This document shows, piece by piece, positions 19,417-25,136 of a stretch of DNA of 25,136 nucleotides (within the stretch, counting starts at the first letter, position 1; every line of letters starts with the position of its first letter). This DNA comes from a bacterium (GTDB taxonomy: Bacteria; Zhuqueibacterota; Zhuqueibacteria; Oceanimicrobiales; Oceanimicrobiaceae). The position numbers were made by a program, and so were the translations under genes. The notes beneath the pieces are model-generated. The model was given only the letters and a program-made list of their open reading frames with translations. It was not told where the DNA came from and did not search any database. The stretch spans positions 1-25,136 of the forward strand of contig JBHHYI010000050.1 of assembly GCA_046757525.1 (NCBI GenBank). The letters are read 5' to 3'.

Positions 19417-20451
19417 TTAGCGCTTGATTCCCGGCCAGCGATCCATAGGCTCCGTGGAATGCACCACGTGCATACCGGCTTCGGCAAATTTTTGAAAAGC
19501 GGCCTCGGCCTGCTCTGTGTAATCGACCACGCCAGGCACCACTACGGGCGACGTGCAATCATCCAGCAAGTAGACCTTTTCGGCCAGTCTCCCGTCTCTA
19601 ACCTTGATGTCTTCTAACAAATCCTCAATAGTCCAGGCAACGCAGTGGCTCTTGGCCTGCCCGGCAATGATCACCGCGTCAAACAGCAAAAGCTGGTCGA
19701 TGAATTCCACGTTCTTTCGGGCCACGGGTTTGCCGTCTGGTCCTTTCAACACCTCAGGGCCGAGAACGGAATAATGCTCGGTAAACGGCTTGTCCCCCTT
19801 GATTTGAAAATCCGGTTGACTCAGCCGCGCAATGCTGTGAAAAAAGATGGCCTCTTCAACGGCCGAGACCAGGGCATGTCCGATGCCCCCCAACATGGCA
19901 TGATACGGCCAAATGGTCAGGTCATACTTGGCCCCCTGGCGTAAGGCGTTGGTGTAATGCACGAGATGCCGTTGACCGTACCCCTCTTCTATTTGAAAAA
20001 CAGAAGCGAGCTCAGGGTTGAACTTCCACCTGCCCTTCTGGACGTCTTCTGCGGAAATGATCGAATAAGGTGCCGGGTGCTCTCCGTGGTCATCGACGAG
20101 AAAGATGCTGTGAAATATTTGCATGGAATGGTGGGTGTCCATGGTAGGGCTGATCACGGTAATGGCGTCGAGATTTCGGTAGATGAATTCGCACAACCGG
20201 CGATTGTCCTCCACCGCCCCGGTGCCAGATCGGCCGCCAACATACAGCTCGAAATCGGGAATGCAGAACGTGTTTTGCACATCCACCGCCACCAAACAGA
20301 CTCGGAACTCGTCGTGAGATGCTGGCGGGATATGGTGTTGTTTGGCCCAGGCTTCGGCCTCGGCCGCCCTTTGTTCATAGGCAACCTTCCACACCTCACC
20401 GACTTTTTGCGGGTCAAAATGTGGCGGAACAGGTAATTCTTTGTGCGACAT
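19417..20451 (-). CDS. Long-form isochorismatase/nicotinamidase-like cysteine hydrolase
   Basis: VDVQNTFC (catalytic Asp), MDTHH, WPYHA, IKGD (Lys) and AGQAKSHCV (nucleophile Cys). Confidence 0.85.
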   Translation of the reverse strand: MSHKELPVPPHFDPQKVGEVWKVAYEQRAAEAEAWAKQHHIPPASHDEFRVCLVAVDVQNTFCIPDFELYVGGRSGTGAVEDNRRLCEFIYRNLDAITVISPTMDTHHSMQIFHSIFLVDDHGEHPAPYSIISAEDVQKGRWKFNPELASVFQIEEGYGQRHLVHYTNALRQGAKYDLTIWPYHAMLGGIGHALVSAVEEAIFFHSIARLSQPDFQIKGDKPFTEHYSVLGPEVLKGPDGKPVARKNVEFIDQLLLFDAVIIAGQAKSHCVAWTIEDLLEDIKVRDGRLAEKVYLLDDCTSPVVVPGVVDYTEQAEAAFQKFAEAGMHVVHSTEPMDRWPGIKR

Positions 20452-20454
20452 GAT

Positions 20455-20817
20455 TCACCGCTTCATGAAAGTTTTTTCTATATGCTCTTTCAAAATGACG
20501 GCGTGATTGTGTTTGGGATCCTTGTCCCCGTACAACAATGTAACCGTTTCCTGACGAGATTTATTTGCCAACTCTTGCAACAATTTGCTCTTCTCGCTCG
20601 AAGAACGGATCTCATCCAAATATTTGGTTTTGTACCCCTCCCAATTTGCAGAATTGAAATCGAAGCGCTGCAAATCGTAAGATGGGCCTAATTCACGCAG
20701 CCACTGGTCCACGTGCGCCTCATGAGTCTTGATGCCTTCGGGCCAGAAAAAATCCACCAGGATGCGTGTACCATCCTCTTTTAATTGCTTCGCATAAACA
20801 CTCTTGCATTTGATCAT
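20455..20817 (-). CDS. DUF488 (YeaO-like) protein
   Basis: KSVY..EDGTRILVDFFWPEGIK..DQWLRELGPS..TLLYG..HNHAVILK matches the DUF488 pattern (typically VDRLWPRG). Confidence 0.88.
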   Translation of the reverse strand: MIKCKSVYAKQLKEDGTRILVDFFWPEGIKTHEAHVDQWLRELGPSYDLQRFDFNSANWEGYKTKYLDEIRSSSEKSKLLQELANKSRQETVTLLYGDKDPKHNHAVILKEHIEKTFMKR

Positions 20818-21066
20818 GAGAACCTACGGGTAATTGTTAGTCCCAACAGTTAGGTTTTTCTTGCTGAGCATCTCAATAACATTTGGTTTCGAAAACAAGC
20901 TTCCCCCTTGCATCGGAAGTAAGTGCGAGGTTGAAAAAATCAGGGGATCGGCACTTCATGCCAGCAAAGCGTTCCCGCCGGAAGCCTTGTTGGCGAACTA
21001 AAGAGGAAGCACCCTGAACAAGCCGACATGAGCGGCTGAGGCTTCTTTCCCAGAAAAACTGCCGTC

Positions 21067-21468
21067 TTACGGGGACCCTTTCTCCTCTTTGGGCTGGCCG
21101 TCCAGGGGCAAGCAGGCCGTACGCCAGGCTTCCTTGCCGCCGTTCAACACCAACACATTCGAGAATCCCGCGCCCTGCAGCGTTCGCGCAGCCACAGTTC
21201 CTACACTTGAAGCAGCATCCTCACCGTAGATGACGATCTGTTCGTACCTTTTGAAATGCGCAGTTGCAAATTCTCCAACCGCTGGCAGCGAAACATGAAT
21301 CGCACCCTGAATGTGGCCTGAGTCAAAATCCGCTTGGTTGGAGACTTCCAGCAGGTGAAAACACTCACCGTTCTCTATTTTTGAATGCAGCTCTTCCAGG
21401 GTGATTTCGGCGACCATTCCCTCCAGTTTCCGCAGTCGCTTCTCGGTCAACATGTCGCGATATTGCAT
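21067..21468 (-). CDS. Rhodanese-like domain protein lacking the catalytic Cys
   Basis: FDSGHIQGAIHV and GFSNVLVLNGGKEAW signatures. The active-site loop reads IVIYGED instead of IVxYC. Confidence 0.85.
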   Translation of the reverse strand: MQYRDMLTEKRLRKLEGMVAEITLEELHSKIENGECFHLLEVSNQADFDSGHIQGAIHVSLPAVGEFATAHFKRYEQIVIYGEDAASSVGTVAARTLQGAGFSNVLVLNGGKEAWRTACLPLDGQPKEEKGSP

Positions 21469-21570
21469 AGGTCAAATAGATTGGTTAGTTTTGCTTCCCA
21501 CAAAAGATTGACGTAAAATTTCCGCCCTGTAAAGCAACAAATTTAGTTGCGAAGCTTCCAAGAACAGGTA

Positions 21571-21599
21571 AATATAATAAAATGAAATCGCTCGTGCAA
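21571..21599 (-). promoter_or_regulatory. Putative sigma70-type promoter for the rhodanese-like gene
   Basis: Minus strand TTGCAC-N17-TATATT, ~100 bp upstream of the start. Confidence 0.5.
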
Positions 21600-21682
21600 C
21601 AGGAAAGTTGGTGAACACCGTTCGATTTTCGAGAATGGAAGTGCCCTTCCGCACCTGATTTCGCTGTCCCTGCTCTATAACC

Positions 21683-22894
21683 CTACGCGCCGAATTTCTT
21701 CAATCTTTGGGCGTGTGCGAGGGCCAGGCTCATGAGGTGGCGGGCAGGAAATTGTCCCAGCGCACCTTGTAAGCACTCCAACTCGTTGAAGTGCTCGACC
21801 TTGTCGAGGCGGGCGTATTTGGAATGCAACAGCACCGGAACCGGGTGCCAACTGTGGCTGCGCAAGGCTGAAGGCGTGGAGTGGTCGCCGGTGATGACCA
21901 GCACATCCGGTTTGAGACGTGTAATTCTGGGCACCAGGGCATCCAACGCTTCGATGGCCTTTACCTTGGCCTGAAAATCGCCATCTTCGCCGGTCGCATC
22001 GGTGGTTTTGACGTGCAAGAACAGAAAATCGTACTGGCTGAAATTCTTTTCTAAAGCTTCAAACTCCGAGGGGATGTCAGGCGTCACCGGATGAAGATCC
22101 ATGCCAATCAAGAACGATACTCCGCGGTACATGGGGTAATTGGCGATACAGAGCGCTTTCAATTTGTAACGCTCCAGCATGGATTTGTAAGGCCGATGCC
22201 TGGCAAAACCGCGCAAGGTCAGCATGTTGGCCTGCTTTTCGTCCTGCAGGATTTTTCTCGCCTGCCGAATGAACTCGGCCACCAGCTCCGCAGACTTTTG
22301 CGAATCCGCTGCCAGGGCCCGGGGCTCCAGCGGCGGCACTCCCGTGGCCTGAGGATCGGTTTCGCTGACCTCGCCGCCCAATCCGTCGCCGCGAATGACC
22401 AACAAAAAACGGTGCTCTTTCACGCTCTCGATGAAAACTTCCACACCACTCAGCTCGATGCCTTGCCGCAGTTTCTCGCAGATTCTTTTGTTTTCCTCGG
22501 TAGGAATGCGTCCGGCCCGGCGGTCGACGATGTTGCCGTTTTGGTCTACGGTGGCAAAGTTTCCACGCACGGCCAGGTCCCGGTCGGTAAGCTCAAAGCC
22601 AATGCCGGCGGCCTCCAAAACGCCACGGCCGATGTTGTTTTCAAGCGGATCGTAACCAAACAGCGCGAAATGCCCCGGGCCACTGCCTGAGGTTACCCCG
22701 GGCGCCACCGGAATGGTCAGGCCACAAGAGGCGCTCTTCACCAGTGCGTCCATGTTAGGGGTGTGCGCGGCTTGCAGTTCGGTTGCTGACTGCTCTGCAG
22801 CGTGCAGCCCGCCCAGGCCGTCCATAATGAAAAAGACTATCTTGCTCGTGTTTTCAATGGTCAGTCCGTCGATCACATCGTGGCTGAAAGTCAT
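21683..22894 (-). CDS. apgM: 2,3-bisphosphoglycerate-independent phosphoglycerate mutase, ApgM (archaeal) type
   Basis: IMDGLGG, AHTPNMD, SGSGPGHFALFGYDP, GRGVLEAAG, RGNFAT, DRRAGRI, HVKTTDATGEDG, TGDHSTP and HSWHPVP motifs. Confidence 0.92.
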   Translation of the reverse strand: MTFSHDVIDGLTIENTSKIVFFIMDGLGGLHAAEQSATELQAAHTPNMDALVKSASCGLTIPVAPGVTSGSGPGHFALFGYDPLENNIGRGVLEAAGIGFELTDRDLAVRGNFATVDQNGNIVDRRAGRIPTEENKRICEKLRQGIELSGVEVFIESVKEHRFLLVIRGDGLGGEVSETDPQATGVPPLEPRALAADSQKSAELVAEFIRQARKILQDEKQANMLTLRGFARHRPYKSMLERYKLKALCIANYPMYRGVSFLIGMDLHPVTPDIPSEFEALEKNFSQYDFLFLHVKTTDATGEDGDFQAKVKAIEALDALVPRITRLKPDVLVITGDHSTPSALRSHSWHPVPVLLHSKYARLDKVEHFNELECLQGALGQFPARHLMSLALAHAQRLKKFGA

Positions 22895-23037
22895 GATTTC
22901 TCCTGAAGTTGATGATGAAACTTGAAAAAAGATGACAATTCATTTCTTTCAATCGATCGTGTGTTCCTTTGGCCGTTTGAGACACTTTACTCAATACCAT
23001 CCGATGCTGTCCAATTTTAAAATCCACCGATTTTGCA

Positions 23038-24639
23038 TTACACAGATGCAGGCGTAGTTGCAGACGCCGGTGCTGCCTCCTCCTCAGATTTCAGATACGC
23101 ATGATGATCATGATAAAGCGCACCCGCGGGCAGCCATTCCCAGAGCGGGCCGAGATCTCTTTTGATCCAATCATAAAAGAACTGAGGCAGTTCAGTAGAT
23201 TCCTGTTCGAAGAAGTCTCTAAACTGAATATCGGTTTCAAGACGACGGTGGATTTCGCTAAAATACTTGATCCGGCCTACCCCTTGCGTTGACCGTGCTC
23301 GCAAGAGATTTAACCATCGCCAGTTAGTTGGCAGCATCGTTCGATATCGGTTTGCAATGGCACGCCAGGAAAAAGTGTGACTGGTTAGATCGATCAAATG
23401 ATCGAAGAACGCAGGCCAGGTATAGTTCCTTGGCTTAACATTCATGGCCGATTGCGTATTCAAAAAGTGAAATGGAAATGGCACAACGCGATTTTCCCTT
23501 TGGTACTGTAGATTGAGGGGTGCGGCTTGACCGAAAGCAGATAACAAGCAGTAGGCCGGGTAGGCGGCAGGAGCCAAATCGACAAACTTTTTGGTAAGCT
23601 CAAACGGTTCCGGCCCCTCATCGGCGTCAAGGCCGACGACAAAATTGGCTTGCAGATATGGGATGTAACTAAGAACCATGTTAATGTGATCCGAGACCAG
23701 TCGCATTTTCTCTTCGCCGCCGCGTTTGCCAACTTTGGATTTATCGCCCATGTCATACCAGGACTCAATGCCCGGCATGATAACTTTGAAGCCGTTCTTT
23801 TGAAGCCGCCGCAAACGCGACTCAGAAAGTAGAGCGAGGCTCATTTCCGCGAAGAAGTCGATGCTATTGGGGGGGACGACCTCTTCAATCGCATCCAGGA
23901 AGTTGTTGAATTGAATCCCAAAGTTCGGATCGTACCAGCCGACCCGGGGCCGCTTGAATTTTTGCAAAAGAAATTGCAAGTCTTCTTTAATGACGTCGAA
24001 ATCCAACGCCTGATAAGTGACAGTCGAGTCGATACAGAAATTGCAGGTGTAAGGGCAGCCCAAACTCCCGATCATCGCGACCATCTTGGCCAGCGGCGCT
24101 TTATTGAGGGTCCGTTCGATGAAGTTCCAGCGCTCGCGAACGCCGGGAAGGGTGGTCGGTTGCTGACTCGCAGAAACAGCGAGCCCAAGAGGTCTGTGCT
24201 GAGAACAATCCTCCAGGACATCACGGAGCGTCTCTTTGTCTGTAAAGCCTAATACGTAATCAAAGTATTTTTGAGCGTCTTGCGGGTAAGAGCGGGCGTG
24301 TGGTCCACCGAGGGCAGTAATGCTTCCCTTTGACCTCAGGAAATTGCTGAGGGCATACGCCAGTTGGGCTGCATGCGAAAATGAAGTGATGAAAACCAGG
24401 TCCAGATCGTGAGGGATTTCCTCCATTAGATTCTCAGAGCCAGTGAATGTCAACAGGGTAACATCGTGCCCCTCTTGCTCGCACCATACACCCACAACTT
24501 GCGGCATTACACTAGCAAAATTTGCATTCATCACCCACGCCCAAACTGAGCGATCACGAGCCCTTGAGATTAAGTCGATGATACCAATACGTAGTTTTCG
24601 GATAGGCCCCTCCTTTCCAATGTCGCCGACCGTGGTCAT
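23038..24639 (-). CDS. B12-binding-domain radical SAM protein
   Basis: GCPYTCNFC (CxxxCxxC) motif. N-terminal Rossmann-like segment DLVFITSF..AYAL..ALGGPHA, plus YDPNFG, PGIES and FVVGLDAD. Confidence 0.88.
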   Translation of the reverse strand: MTTVGDIGKEGPIRKLRIGIIDLISRARDRSVWAWVMNANFASVMPQVVGVWCEQEGHDVTLLTFTGSENLMEEIPHDLDLVFITSFSHAAQLAYALSNFLRSKGSITALGGPHARSYPQDAQKYFDYVLGFTDKETLRDVLEDCSQHRPLGLAVSASQQPTTLPGVRERWNFIERTLNKAPLAKMVAMIGSLGCPYTCNFCIDSTVTYQALDFDVIKEDLQFLLQKFKRPRVGWYDPNFGIQFNNFLDAIEEVVPPNSIDFFAEMSLALLSESRLRRLQKNGFKVIMPGIESWYDMGDKSKVGKRGGEEKMRLVSDHINMVLSYIPYLQANFVVGLDADEGPEPFELTKKFVDLAPAAYPAYCLLSAFGQAAPLNLQYQRENRVVPFPFHFLNTQSAMNVKPRNYTWPAFFDHLIDLTSHTFSWRAIANRYRTMLPTNWRWLNLLRARSTQGVGRIKYFSEIHRRLETDIQFRDFFEQESTELPQFFYDWIKRDLGPLWEWLPAGALYHDHHAYLKSEEEAAPASATTPASV

Positions 24640-24752
24640 CTACGTCCCAAAGCCGTCGCAACGTGATGTGATTCTTTAACTCTTTCAAACTCTAACTGAA
24701 CAACCATCATGAAAGTTACAAATTTCTCTTGACAAAAGCAAACGCTAAGGGC

Positions 24753-24780
24753 TTGACATTCTCGATATAATTTCTATATT
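24753..24780 (+). promoter_or_regulatory. Putative sigma70-type promoter for the plus-strand gene at 24818
   Basis: TTGACA (24753-24758)-N16-TATATT (24775-24780); GGAG RBS at 24808-24811. Confidence 0.65.
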
Positions 24781-24817
24781 GAAGTTAAATACTCAAGAAA
24801 TCTCATTGGAGTAAACG

Positions 24818-25136
24818 ATGCCCATCGTCACAGTTGGCAAACCACTGCGCGACAAATTGGGGGACGAAGCTGTTGATGCGATGATCGAACTGATCAACAA
24901 TTCCCAGGCCCAACACAAAAACGAGATTTTGGAATTTGTTGAGGAAAAATTCGAACGCCGCCTCGTAGAAGAGGTCGGGAAGCTGGAAGTCAAAATAAGC
25001 AAGGTTGAACACAAAATCTCTGAGACCAGGGCGGACCTTATTACCAGCATTTCCGAAACCAGGGCGGACCTTATTGCCAGGATTTCCGAAACCAGGGCGG
25101 ACCTTATTACCAGGGTTTCCGAAACCAAGGCGGACC
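24818..25136 (+). CDS. Partial coiled-coil protein, DUF1640/CCDC90-like; truncated by the window end and absent from the ORF track
   Basis: Manual translation: MPIVTVGKPLRDKLGDEAVDAMIELINNSQAQHKNEILEFVEEKFERRLVEEVGKLEVKISKVEHKISETRADLITSISETRADLIARISETRADLITRVSETKAD. No stop codon; promoter and RBS present. Confidence 0.8.
   Translation, partial: MPIVTVGKPLRDKLGDEAVDAMIELINNSQAQHKNEILEFVEEKFERRLVEEVGKLEVKISKVEHKISETRADLITSISETRADLIARISETRADLITRVSETKAD
25016..25136 (+). repeat. In-frame 33-bp tandem repeat (3 full units + 1 partial)
   Basis: Units start at 25016, 25049, 25082 and 25115. Consensus ATTTCCGAAACCAGGGCGGACCTTATTACCAGG encodes ISETRADLITR. Confidence 0.95.

Noticed and set aside
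24793..25128. 111-aa minus-strand repetitive ORF
   Set aside because: Antisense of the plus-strand coiled-coil gene, which has the promoter and RBS.
25016..25136. 33-bp repeats as a CRISPR array
   Set aside because: Units are contiguous with no spacers, in frame within an ORF, and there are no cas genes.

Overview
A bacterial chromosomal window, mostly housekeeping. All 18 complete or split CDS loci from 895 to 24639 lie on the minus strand. In transcription order they are: B12-binding radical SAM protein, ApgM-type phosphoglycerate mutase, Cys-less rhodanese-like protein, DUF488, long isochorismatase/nicotinamidase-like hydrolase, 2-hydroxyacid dehydrogenase, proline dehydrogenase, M61 peptidase-PDZ, group III phosphofructokinase, type I phosphoribosyltransferase, nicotinate phosphoribosyltransferase, archease, RtcB, a SatD-family protein with a frameshifted membrane partner, LigA, YtxH-like and DUF948 proteins, and a 1619-aa hybrid histidine kinase. 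A divergent plus-strand coiled-coil gene missing from the ORF track starts at 24818 and runs off the window in 33-bp tandem repeats. Non-coding features are a ~190-bp MITE-like element with terminal inverted repeats and an exact flanking duplication (18108-18319), three different REP-like palindromes in the first 800 bp, and four sigma70-like promoters sharing the -10 box TATATT. The best candidates for an undescribed system are (i) the SatD (nucleotide-cyclase-like palm + HTH) / membrane-protein pair between rtcB and ligA and (ii) the tightly coupled pncB-archease-rtcB unit linking NAD salvage to RNA ligation. Both functional readings are inferences. No rRNA, tRNA, CRISPR array or transposase was found. 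Family calls come from motif recognition, not database searches.
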